From the IMG/VR virus record IMGVR_UViG_3300009790_000010, positions 1 through 61,201 of that record: 61,201 nt of DNA. One strand, given 5' to 3'. The stretch comes from a virus (taxonomy: Duplodnaviria; Caudoviricetes). The position numbers were made by a program, and so were the translations under genes. Under the pieces are notes generated by a model, which saw only the letters and a list, made by a program, of their open reading frames with translations, ran no database searches and was not told where the DNA came from. Within the stretch, counting starts at the first letter, position 1. Each line of letters begins with the position of its first letter. Below, in pieces: positions 1-8,956 of this stretch.

Positions 1-90
1 CTACTGTTTAAGTTTACACGTAAAACAGTTACAATACACCTAACTTTGCACCATATATGCCCAACCCTGTACTCCCACCCTATATATAGC

Positions 91-113
91 AACACAAGGG
101 ACCGAAGTCCCCT
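91..113 (-). terminator. Probable intrinsic terminator of the leftward gene
   Basis: Minus strand reads AGGGGAC-TTCG-GTCCCTT-GTGTT: GC stem, C(UUCG)G tetraloop, short U-rich tail, about 20 nt past the stop at 134. Confidence 0.6.
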
Positions 114-133
114 GATATGCTAAAGGTTTGCTA

Positions 134-610
134 TTAGAACGCAACCAAAGTAGAAGGGTCAACAACTTCTTGCTCAAAGGTAGCATTAGCATTAGCGTAT
201 TCGCTTGCCTTGAATGCAATTCTCTGACCGCCTGTTGGCATTTGAATTTGCAGGAATTGCTCCCCTTTCTGTGTGAACGCTTCGTAAAGGTTGAAGTTGT
301 AAAGCTGTGGAATGCTGATAGTCTTATTCCTAAGACCTTCACTCACTGCAGGTGAGCAGTAAACCATAGCTCTCTCATCTTCATTCTTGTACAAGAACAC
401 AACACAACGGTTCTGAACTTCAAGACCTGTGATAGGGTCTATCTTGGTGCTCTTTTGCATATTAGCTTTAGATAGCTCTATCCAGCCGTCCTTGCCTACC
501 CCTTGGTAAACAGTTCCTAATTCAACTCTGTCGTTAGTATCAACGCTTGACCAGATACTTGGGTCTGTTAGCAGATTAACCCCTGCTTGGGCTTTTTTAG
601 TATTATCCAT
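134..610 (-). CDS. Hypothetical protein, 158 aa, probably the first gene of the leftward (early) unit
   Basis: ATG-started ORF with AT-rich leader and normal composition, followed by a UUCG hairpin; the only credible minus-strand gene. Confidence 0.75.
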   Translation of the reverse strand: MDNTKKAQAGVNLLTDPSIWSSVDTNDRVELGTVYQGVGKDGWIELSKANMQKSTKIDPITGLEVQNRCVVFLYKNEDERAMVYCSPAVSEGLRNKTISIPQLYNFNLYEAFTQKGEQFLQIQMPTGGQRIAFKASEYANANATFEQEVVDPSTLVAF

Positions 611-756
611 TGGATTAAATAATTTAAGTTAAGCGTGTTTTGTCAAAGGGGGACTACCCCCACCACGCAGTTTTTTTGTGGGGTTTCAAATGGTAGGGGT
701 CTCCTTCAGTACACACACGATGGGGGGGGTGGTTTTGAAAAAAGGGTAGTTAAAAA

Positions 757-789
757 TTTGGAAGTTTGGGGTAGAATGTTATACCTTTG
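757..789 (+). promoter_or_regulatory. Bacteroidetes sigma70-type promoter
   Basis: TTTG (757-760), 21 nt, TACCTTTG (782-789). Confidence 0.5.
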
Positions 790-896
790 GTGGGTGGGTG
801 GGATATTAAATCATAAGTATATAACTTATTTAGGTTCCTTGTAACCAGTAAAACAATGAATGTTCAGACATAATATAGCTTTTATACAAAGATTAT

Positions 897-929
897 TTTG
901 ATAAGTCATTTATTTTTTTTATATATTTG
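897..929 (+). promoter_or_regulatory. Bacteroidetes sigma70-type promoter for the rightward operon
   Basis: TTTG (897-900), 21 nt, TATATTTG (922-929), 28 nt before ATG 958. Confidence 0.7.
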
Positions 930-957
930 CATATAGTAAAGCCAATATAACTAAATA

Positions 958-1386
958 ATGGAAGCACAAAAATCAAAAGTAATACAGAAACTAGCAAAAA
1001 GCTATGATGACAAGTATGAACTTGCTCAACAGTACTATTCCATACTATCTGCATTAAACAATCTAAAGCTCACTGAAAGAGAGATACAATTGGTGGCATA
1101 CACGTCAATCAAAGGTACCATCACTTATGCTAACGCTAGAGCAGAGTTTTGTGAGAAGTATAACACTACAACAGCTACGATCAATAATATTGTGAGTAAG
1201 CTTAAGAAAGTGGGTGTATTTATCAAAGAAGATAGTAAGGTGAAGGTTAATCCGGTGATAGTGTTGGACTTTGAGAAACATATTAACCTGTTTATACAAT
1301 TACAGCATGAAGAAGATAGACAAGAAGCAAATGAGCCTAAGGGAACATATAGTGAAGAAGATGGCGATAGGGATGGTGGTGAGTGA
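958..1386 (+). CDS. Putative winged helix-turn-helix DNA-binding protein
   Basis: LTEREIQLV...RAEFCEKYNTTTATINNIVSKLKKVGVF resembles a wHTH; acidic tail overlaps the next gene. Confidence 0.65.
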   Translation: MEAQKSKVIQKLAKSYDDKYELAQQYYSILSALNNLKLTEREIQLVAYTSIKGTITYANARAEFCEKYNTTTATINNIVSKLKKVGVFIKEDSKVKVNPVIVLDFEKHINLFIQLQHEEDRQEANEPKGTYSEEDGDRDGGE

Positions 1387-1663
1387 GAGAGTGATTGATC
1401 AAGTGATAACACACCAGTTCAATTCTGCTGAAGATGCCACTAAGACTCAGAACAGTATAGAAATTTCTGGGTTTGGAAAATTTGTTTTTAATTCATCCAA
1501 GGCCGTTAAGAGAATAGAAAAGCTAGAAAAAATAAAAAAGAACTACGAACAGCAACTAGCCGAGAATACATTACCAACCAAGAAGTTGGATGTAATCAAG
1601 AGCAAGCTGAGTAATCTCAACCTAACTTTGAACTCAATAAAACCAAAAGTAAATGTCGAATAA
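1307..1663 (+). CDS. HU/IHF-like DNA-binding protein
   Basis: SIEISGFGKFVF matches the HU/IHF GFGxF signature; in-frame ATG 1307 preferred to TTG 1271. Confidence 0.7.
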   Translation: MKKIDKKQMSLREHIVKKMAIGMVVSERVIDQVITHQFNSAEDATKTQNSIEISGFGKFVFNSSKAVKRIEKLEKIKKNYEQQLAENTLPTKKLDVIKSKLSNLNLTLNSIKPKVNVE

Positions 1664-1781
1664 CAGTCCGAAGCAAAACATAGAACAAGTTAAAGCTTGG
1701 ATGAAGACACTGAAGAGTCACAAGAATGTACAAAAATCTAAAGATAAACGTAGGTCAAATCTACGAAGGATGGAAAAATAA
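1653..1781 (+). CDS. Possible small basic protein, 42 aa (MSNNSPKQNIEQVKAWMKTLKSH...)
   Basis: ATG 1653 to TAA 1781, fills the gap between flanking genes; below the ORF-track cutoff. Confidence 0.35.
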   Translation: MSNNSPKQNIEQVKAWMKTLKSHKNVQKSKDKRRSNLRRMEK

Positions 1782-2028
1782 GCTACTCCCTGATGCTGAT
1801 ATGGTGGAGCAGATAGAACTAGTTAGTGCAGAAAGGATGTCTATATGTGACGCATGTCCTAATCATTCTAGTAAACATAAGACTGCTAGACCAGATGCAC
1901 ATTGTGTTAGTTGTGGATGTACTTTGTCAGCTAAAACAAAATGCTTATCTTGCACATGTCCAATCAATAAATGGACAGCTGTGTTAACAGATGCACAACA
2001 AGATGTAATTGAAGACCATAAGTTATGA
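1726..2028 (+). CDS. Cys-rich putative zinc-binding protein
   Basis: ERMSICDACP...CVSCGCTLSAKTKCLSCTCPINKW. Confidence 0.75.
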   Translation: MYKNLKINVGQIYEGWKNKLLPDADMVEQIELVSAERMSICDACPNHSSKHKTARPDAHCVSCGCTLSAKTKCLSCTCPINKWTAVLTDAQQDVIEDHKL

Positions 2029-2303
2029 GTGAAGAAAAGAAATTTAAAGGTTTAAGAAAGGTGTCCATCATAGGATTGATAGATATGCTTAAAAAGATCT
2101 ATGATGATGGAGCAGATTTCATTGATATAATGGGACATCAGGCTGAAGAGGGTAAAGAAGACGTGATTAAAATTGAAGTAAAACCGGAGTATTATACAAC
2201 TGACCTGAATGATACAGATCCAGAGTATCTGGTAACCGAACAAGACTATGAGGAAGAGTTTCCTCCTATATCTGATGAGGATATAAATGATTTAATCAAA
2301 TAA
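2025..2303 (+). CDS. Hypothetical acidic protein
   Basis: ORF with ATGA overlap to the previous stop. Confidence 0.75.
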   Translation: MSEEKKFKGLRKVSIIGLIDMLKKIYDDGADFIDIMGHQAEEGKEDVIKIEVKPEYYTTDLNDTDPEYLVTEQDYEEEFPPISDEDINDLIK

Positions 2304-2307
2304 ACCA

Positions 2308-2544
2308 ATGTACATAACTAAAATAATAAACATAATAAAACACCTAAAGGAACTTCATCCTAAGATGAATATAGGCAAACATATAGCTACAGCCTTAGAT
2401 GGAGAAGATGTATGGTCTATAACAGATAAAAAGTTTCATCAATTACTAAGTAATTATCAAGCTAAACTAGATATAGTGGAAGTGGAAGATGATAACTTTG
2501 AAGTTGATAAGATTATCAAGGATGGATTATCAATAGGTAAATAA
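2308..2544 (+). CDS. Hypothetical protein
   Basis: Tightly packed ORF in the operon. Confidence 0.7.
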   Translation: MYITKIINIIKHLKELHPKMNIGKHIATALDGEDVWSITDKKFHQLLSNYQAKLDIVEVEDDNFEVDKIIKDGLSIGK

Positions 2545-2551
2545 CAACTGC

Positions 2552-2881
2552 ATGGCAGTAAAGAAAACTACATACATAAACGCAGAGTTAGACTGGGCCG
2601 AAGGACAATTGGTTCAATGGAAAGCCTATGTAGATGCTAATCCTCTCCCTGCACTGAAAGATAGAATAGAGTATAAACAAACTGCTAATGGTGGATCTAT
2701 ACCTATGGTGGTAGCATCTATTGAATCTCAGGGTAAGTTTATTCAAGATACTATGAAAAACTACTTAGCCCTACTGGGTCAAGTTGATAGTTTACGTGAG
2801 AGAGAAGTCAAGAAGGTGGAAACTAGAGGTGGGGCAGCATTAGGTAGTATGGCTGAAGACTTTTTAAAAAGTAGAGGGTAA
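2552..2881 (+). CDS. Hypothetical protein, candidate terminase small subunit
   Basis: 109 aa, helical-looking, directly upstream of TerL; function from position only. Confidence 0.45.
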   Translation: MAVKKTTYINAELDWAEGQLVQWKAYVDANPLPALKDRIEYKQTANGGSIPMVVASIESQGKFIQDTMKNYLALLGQVDSLREREVKKVETRGGAALGSMAEDFLKSRG

Positions 2882-2883
2882 GT

Positions 2884-4905
2884 ATGGACTACAAAAACTT
2901 ACAATACTCTGAATGGTTTATAAATCAAAAACGTATTCCAGACAAAGAATCAAAAGAACATAAAGAGTTCTTTGATTTCCATAAAGAAGTGTGCATGAAT
3001 GGATGTGTAGTAGATGGAGCATATATCAATCCATTCTTATATTGGCATCTAAACTTCTGGCACACAGAAGTAGATACTATAGATGAGTATGGTAGAATCA
3101 ATCAGAAATATGCTAATCCATTACTTCGTGATAATGAATGGTTAGTAACCAATGAGATAGACAGAGCTCATAAAGAAAAGAAAGGTCTAGTTATATTAGG
3201 TATTAGACGTTTTGCAAAGTCTGTAATAGAAGCCAGTTACATTGGTCATGGTGCTACATTTGATGAAAACTCACAGAATATTATAGCAGGTTTGAATGCA
3301 CCTGATATAAAACTTATTACAGACAAAATAGATAAAGGTCTAAACTTTCTACCTAAAGAATGGAGATGGCAGAGAGTAGAAGATAACTGGAAAAACCAAG
3401 TCACCTTAGGTATAAAAACTAAAGGTGGAACAAGAATACCTTTCTCACAAATCCTCATTCGTAATTTAGATGGAGGTAATAATGAAGAAGCTATTGCAGG
3501 TACAAAACCTAGAAGGCTGATCATTGATGAGATAGGTAAAGGTAACTTTCTACGTGGATTACAAGCTGCAATACCAGGATTCACCACACCATTTGGATGG
3601 GGGTGTAGTCCAATATTAACTGGTACAGGTGGAGACATGAAGATGTTTATGGATGCAAAGTCTTTAATGTTTGATGTAGATAATTTTAATTTTCTAACAT
3701 ACAACAATGCAAAAGACGAAAAAAGAATCCACGGATTATTCATTTCTCATAAGTATAGAATGGAGGCAAAAGAAGAGTCCACGTTGGGTTCTTTTTTACA
3801 CAAGAAAAAAGATTCCATACTTCACAAGATACCTATGTTAGTATCGGATGAAGAGAAAGCCACAACAATTACAAACGAAATACTAGAAAGATTAAAAAAA
3901 GCTGGTGATAGAGTTGCATATCTCAAAGAAAAAATGTATTATCCACAAGATGTAGATGATATATTCTTAAATGAGGATACAAACATATTTGATATAGAAG
4001 CAGCTAAACGTCAGAAGTATAGAATATCTGAACAAGAGAAAACAGGAACACCTGTTATATTGTATGATGATGGGGAAGGTGTAAAGCATGACTTTACCGA
4101 TAAGATAGCTATAACTAATTTTCCACTAAAGCAAACTGATATGAAGGATGCACCGGTGGTTATATATGAGTTTCCTATAGAAAACCCTCCATATGGCTTA
4201 TATGTTGCAGGTATTGACCCTTATAGACAGGGTAAATCAGCATATAGCTCCTCATTAGGGTCTGTATACATATATAAACGTATGCATGCAATATCTGGGG
4301 AAAAGTACCAAGATATGTTCGTTGCAAGTTATTGTGCACGTCCAGACAAGAAAGAAACTTGGGAAGAGCAGGCTAGATACCTAATAAAGTACTATAATGC
4401 AAGAGCATTATGTGAAAACGATGAGATATCTTTTATTGACTATATGATTAATAAAGGAGATGCTCATTATCTAGAAAAGCAACCTCAATGGTTGAAGGAG
4501 ATTGTACCAAACACTACAGTGAGACGTGATTATGGTATACATAGATCTTCGGAAAAGATAAGAGACTTCTTGCACAGTTGTTTAAAGAAATATACTGAAG
4601 AAGTAGTACACACTGAAACCAATGAAGAAGGAGAAATCGTATCTGAAGTAAAAGGGATGTCTAAAATATTAGATCCTGTATTACTAGAAGAAATGATACA
4701 GTACAATGAGTCAGGTAACTTTGACCGTATTATTGCAGCTGAATTAGCTATTGGGTTAGCAATGAAACTAGATCCAATGATAGGTAGAGTTGGTGATAAG
4801 GAAGATGAAAGATTTTCATCCTTTCGTAAACAAAATAAAAAAAACATTCTATTCACAGAGTCAAGAGGACTCTTTGGAAGAAAAAGAAATAAACTTTTTT
4901 CATAA
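2884..4905 (+). CDS. terL: Terminase large subunit
   Basis: Walker A-like GIRRFAKS, Walker B LIIDEIG, coupling motif TGTGG, nuclease residues AGIDPY and FDRIIA; precedes the portal. Confidence 0.93.
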   Translation: MDYKNLQYSEWFINQKRIPDKESKEHKEFFDFHKEVCMNGCVVDGAYINPFLYWHLNFWHTEVDTIDEYGRINQKYANPLLRDNEWLVTNEIDRAHKEKKGLVILGIRRFAKSVIEASYIGHGATFDENSQNIIAGLNAPDIKLITDKIDKGLNFLPKEWRWQRVEDNWKNQVTLGIKTKGGTRIPFSQILIRNLDGGNNEEAIAGTKPRRLIIDEIGKGNFLRGLQAAIPGFTTPFGWGCSPILTGTGGDMKMFMDAKSLMFDVDNFNFLTYNNAKDEKRIHGLFISHKYRMEAKEESTLGSFLHKKKDSILHKIPMLVSDEEKATTITNEILERLKKAGDRVAYLKEKMYYPQDVDDIFLNEDTNIFDIEAAKRQKYRISEQEKTGTPVILYDDGEGVKHDFTDKIAITNFPLKQTDMKDAPVVIYEFPIENPPYGLYVAGIDPYRQGKSAYSSSLGSVYIYKRMHAISGEKYQDMFVASYCARPDKKETWEEQARYLIKYYNARALCENDEISFIDYMINKGDAHYLEKQPQWLKEIVPNTTVRRDYGIHRSSEKIRDFLHSCLKKYTEEVVHTETNEEGEIVSEVKGMSKILDPVLLEEMIQYNESGNFDRIIAAELAIGLAMKLDPMIGRVGDKEDERFSSFRKQNKKNILFTESRGLFGRKRNKLFS

Positions 4906-7487
4906 TGGCAATTATAAGATATTCAAACGATTCAACAGTTAAGTACGCATACTTAAACATCTTTCCTGATCAGTTTAAAACTGCGAAGCAAAAGCAAGAT
5001 GACAGTTGGGTTAAAAACACAATGGACTACTTTGCAAATCAAGCATATGCAATGTATATAAGAAACAGGGACACATTTGTAAAGAACTATGATTTAATGA
5101 AAGGAATCTTACGTAGAGAAGATTTCTATCAAGAACCAGAAGTAAGAAGCTTTACTGATCAGTTAGTATCAGATGCAGACCTACCTGCATACGTAAAAAT
5201 GTATTCTATTGTAACTACACCAGTTAATGAGTTAGTAGGAGAGATATCTAAACGTCCAGATTCATTTAGAGTAAAAGCTTTTGATGATGATAGTCAAGCA
5301 GAAGAGTTACAGTTTAAAACAGATACACTACAAAACTACGTAGTAAGTAAAGTAAAAAACCAGATAGCAGCAAAAGCAGCAATAGCTGGAGAAGAAATAA
5401 ATCAAGAAGACTTAGAGAAACTTACATTCGATCAAGTAAAAGATGAACTAGATAGTTATACATCTGTTGCAGAGAAATGGGCTAATCATGTCTTAACTGC
5501 ACAAAAAGCTGACTTTAATTTAAAAGAAAAGTCCGAAGAAGCATTTAGAGATTTACTTATTTCTGCTAGACAGTTTTATCATATATATGAAGATAACTCT
5601 AAATTAGGATACAATATCGAGGTAACTAATCCACGAAACACATGGTATCTAACTACTCCTAATAAGAAATATATATCAGATCCTACAGGAAGAAAGCAAG
5701 GATCTTATGCTGCAGGTACAGTAGAAGTGATGGAGTTATCAGAAATAATTGAAGCAGTTCCTGAATTAACTAAAGAAGAGATTGATCACTTAAGATCCTC
5801 TTTAGAAAACTATGGACTATTAAATGTTTCGGAATCTAATTTAACTAATCCTGATGTTACACCAGGTATTGATTCTATTACATACGATACTTATGATCCT
5901 CTTGTATTACAGACACGTATGATTATTGAGTCTGAGATGAAGGAGAATGATGATGGATTAAGAGACTTTCTTGGCCTAACTAATAATGTTTCTGCATTTG
6001 GTTACAAGTATGTAGTTGTAAGAGCATATTGGATTTCTAAAAAGAAGATAGGTAGACTTATCTATCTTGACGATATGGGTATGGAACAATCCACGCTAGT
6101 AGATGAGAATTATAAAAATGGAATGATGCCTACACAAATCTCACTAGAATGGGGATGGGTTAATCAATGGTACCAAGGAATTAAAATAGGTGCAGACATT
6201 TATCATGTTAAACCTTATAAACTATTAGACTACTGTCCTATCATAGGTACAGTTTATGAGCAAAAGAATACAGAAGCTAAATCTTTAGTAGACTTAATGA
6301 AACCTTTCCAGGTTATTTACAATGTTTGTATGAATCAGTTATATAAACTGCTAGAAAAGGAAATGGGTAAGGTACAACTTATGTCACTACGTCATATTCC
6401 TATACCTAAAGATGGAGATGCACAAGATGCACTCGAGATGTGGGAGATGGAAGCGAGAAATCGAGGTGTAGTGTTTGTAGATGATAGCCCAGAGAATTTA
6501 AAAGCTCCAAGCTCATTTAATCAGTTTACATCACTAGATCTTACACGTACTCAGGAAATACAGTCCAGATATACCCTAGCACAACAAATGAAAGTAGAAT
6601 GTTGGGAACTTATCGGTATGTCGAAACAACGTATGGGATCTATAGCTGCATCAGAAACAGCAACAGGTACAAGAACAGCAATGCAACAGAGTTACTCTCA
6701 GACAGAGCCTCTATTTGTTGCTCACGAGTATGTACAAGGGCAGTTATATCAAGCAATTGTAGATGCTTCACTATATATAGAGAGTTCAAAACCACAATCT
6801 ACTTTATCTTACATAACTAGCGAAGGTGAGTCTGCATTTGTACAAGTTAATGGTAATGACTTATCATTACGTGATCTTCAAGTGTTCTTAACTAATAGAC
6901 CTGAAGACACTCAAATGTTTAATGAACTTAGACAATTATCTCAAGCTGTTATTCAAAATGGTGGTACACTTTATGATGTAATCGAATTATATAGCACCAA
7001 GTCGATGAGAGAGATGAAGAAGACCTTTAAAGACCTCAGAGATAAGATGGATGCTCAACAACAACAGCAACTTCAATTGCAACAGCAAGCACAACAGGCT
7101 CAACAACAGCAAGCTCAAGCAGCCTTAGAGCAAGCTAAGCAAATGAAGATGGAAGATCAGATTAACTCCGATAGACAAAATGAACTTGACAGAGTAAACA
7201 AGAAAGAAGTTGCTCTTATCAATGCAATGGCTAAAGGTCCTGCAATAGTAGGGGCTGATGATGATGGTTCTGGTGTTCCTGATATTGTAGAGATGTCTAG
7301 ACTAGAAGCTGAAACAAATAAAGCTAATAAAGCTTATCAAGGAAAGATGGCAGAGATACAAGGTAGAAATACTGTTGCTTCTCAAAAGTTACAAATTGAA
7401 AGAGATAAAATAAAATTAGCTCGTGAAAATATGGATAATGATTTAGCTGTCGCTAAAATGAATGCTAAAGGAAGAAAAAAGGATTAA
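4905..7487 (+). CDS. Portal protein (crAss-like)
   Basis: 860 aa after TerL with TAATG coupling; Q-rich C-terminal coiled coil; crAss-like size and order. Confidence 0.88.
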   Translation: MAIIRYSNDSTVKYAYLNIFPDQFKTAKQKQDDSWVKNTMDYFANQAYAMYIRNRDTFVKNYDLMKGILRREDFYQEPEVRSFTDQLVSDADLPAYVKMYSIVTTPVNELVGEISKRPDSFRVKAFDDDSQAEELQFKTDTLQNYVVSKVKNQIAAKAAIAGEEINQEDLEKLTFDQVKDELDSYTSVAEKWANHVLTAQKADFNLKEKSEEAFRDLLISARQFYHIYEDNSKLGYNIEVTNPRNTWYLTTPNKKYISDPTGRKQGSYAAGTVEVMELSEIIEAVPELTKEEIDHLRSSLENYGLLNVSESNLTNPDVTPGIDSITYDTYDPLVLQTRMIIESEMKENDDGLRDFLGLTNNVSAFGYKYVVVRAYWISKKKIGRLIYLDDMGMEQSTLVDENYKNGMMPTQISLEWGWVNQWYQGIKIGADIYHVKPYKLLDYCPIIGTVYEQKNTEAKSLVDLMKPFQVIYNVCMNQLYKLLEKEMGKVQLMSLRHIPIPKDGDAQDALEMWEMEARNRGVVFVDDSPENLKAPSSFNQFTSLDLTRTQEIQSRYTLAQQMKVECWELIGMSKQRMGSIAASETATGTRTAMQQSYSQTEPLFVAHEYVQGQLYQAIVDASLYIESSKPQSTLSYITSEGESAFVQVNGNDLSLRDLQVFLTNRPEDTQMFNELRQLSQAVIQNGGTLYDVIELYSTKSMREMKKTFKDLRDKMDAQQQQQLQLQQQAQQAQQQQAQAALEQAKQMKMEDQINSDRQNELDRVNKKEVALINAMAKGPAIVGADDDGSGVPDIVEMSRLEAETNKANKAYQGKMAEIQGRNTVASQKLQIERDKIKLARENMDNDLAVAKMNAKGRKKD

Positions 7488-7564
7488 ATAATTATCTTCA
7501 TTATAGAGAAGAAAATATTAATGCTATATTATCTCAACTATTTACAAAAATATATAAATAAAGT

Positions 7565-7595
7565 TTTGTAAATTAAAATGACTGGTTTAAATTTA
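7565..7595 (+). promoter_or_regulatory. Variant Bacteroidetes-type promoter before the head genes
   Basis: TTTG (7565-7568), 19 nt, TAAATTTA (7588-7595), in an AT-rich gap. Confidence 0.4.
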
Positions 7596-7643
7596 CAGTC
7601 AAATACGGAATAAAAACCAATTTTTAATAAAAAATAACTACAT

Positions 7644-8927
7644 ATGTCTGATAATTTACAGCCACAAGGTAATTTTGGCATCCAGGACACCATGAATGTT
7701 GGTGGTGCTGGTGATACTCAATTACTAAACGATTTAATGGCTCCAGAAACTGCTCAAGCAGATCCTGAAGCTGTAGAACCTATAATCTCGGAAGTAGAGG
7801 ATACGATCCCTGAAAAGAAAACTCCTAAAGGGAAAGAAATTATTCCTCCTAAAAGTGTAGACGGAAAGACTGAAGAAGAAAAGCAAACTGGAGAATCTCT
7901 AATTGCTGACTTTTTAAGTGATGATCCAGATGCAGAAACTGAAGAGGAACAGGTGGTAGAAGAAAAAGCTGCTGAACCAGAGTCTAAAGATGTTTTAGAT
8001 GAGGTGGTAGAAGAAGAAGAAACTGAAACAGGTACTCCTAACTTCGAAGCTCTAGCTAATGATCTATTCAATCTAGGTGTATTTAATAAGGAAGGTGAAG
8101 AGGAAGTATCCATTTCAACTCCTGAGGATTTCTTAGCAAGATTTGAATCTGAAAAGAAAAAAGGTGCACAGGATTTAGTACAACAATTCATAGGTCAGTT
8201 TGGTGAAGATTATCAACAAGCATTTGAATCCATCTTTGTAAAGGGTGTTAACCCACAACAATATTTCGGAACTTACAATAACATTGTAAACTTTACCGAA
8301 ATGGACTTATCCAAAGAAACTAATCAGAAACAAGTGATGAAACAAGCACTTAGTGATCAAGGATTTGAAGCAGAAGACATAGATAAAGAGGTTGAAAGAT
8401 TAAAAAGTTATGGAGATCTAGAAGCCGTATCTACCAGACATCATAAGGTGTTGGTAAAAAAAGAAGCTAAGAAGCTTCAACAACTAGAAGCCCAGTCTCA
8501 ACAAGAGTTACAACAAAAGAATGCTATTAAGCAACAATATCAAACTAATGTTCAGACTATACTTTCAGATAAAGTAAAAGAAAAAGAGTTCGATGGAATA
8601 CCTATCAACTCTAATTTAGCAAACGAACTACAAGACTTCTTACTAGTGGATAAATGGAAAACACCTAGTGGAGAAACCCTAACCGATTTTGATCGTTCTA
8701 TCTTAGATTTGAAAAGACCAGAGAATCATGAATTAAAAGTAAAAGTGGGATTACTCCTTAAGATGTTAGAAAAAGATCCATCATTATCTACGATACAAAG
8801 AGCAGGTGTGACTAAAAAATCTAACCAGTTATTTGGAGAAGTTGCAAGACAAGTTACTAAAGCTAAAACCGTTGCTTCTAAAAAACCTAGTAGTAACAAT
8901 AAGAAACCTAATTCATGGTTCTTGTAA
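7644..8927 (+). CDS. Putative scaffolding/head assembly protein
   Basis: Very acidic N-half, coiled-coil middle, located between portal and capsid genes. Confidence 0.65.
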   Translation: MSDNLQPQGNFGIQDTMNVGGAGDTQLLNDLMAPETAQADPEAVEPIISEVEDTIPEKKTPKGKEIIPPKSVDGKTEEEKQTGESLIADFLSDDPDAETEEEQVVEEKAAEPESKDVLDEVVEEEETETGTPNFEALANDLFNLGVFNKEGEEEVSISTPEDFLARFESEKKKGAQDLVQQFIGQFGEDYQQAFESIFVKGVNPQQYFGTYNNIVNFTEMDLSKETNQKQVMKQALSDQGFEAEDIDKEVERLKSYGDLEAVSTRHHKVLVKKEAKKLQQLEAQSQQELQQKNAIKQQYQTNVQTILSDKVKEKEFDGIPINSNLANELQDFLLVDKWKTPSGETLTDFDRSILDLKRPENHELKVKVGLLLKMLEKDPSLSTIQRAGVTKKSNQLFGEVARQVTKAKTVASKKPSSNNKKPNSWFL

Positions 8928-8956
8928 ATTTTAATTAATAATAAAAAACGAATAAA

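Noticed and set aside
40-355. ORFs 40..342 (-) and 128..355 (+)
   Set aside because: Overlap the better 134..610 gene and its terminator
635-844. 69-aa ORF across the G-rich region
   Set aside because: GTG start, sequence dictated by G-runs, overlaps promoter elements
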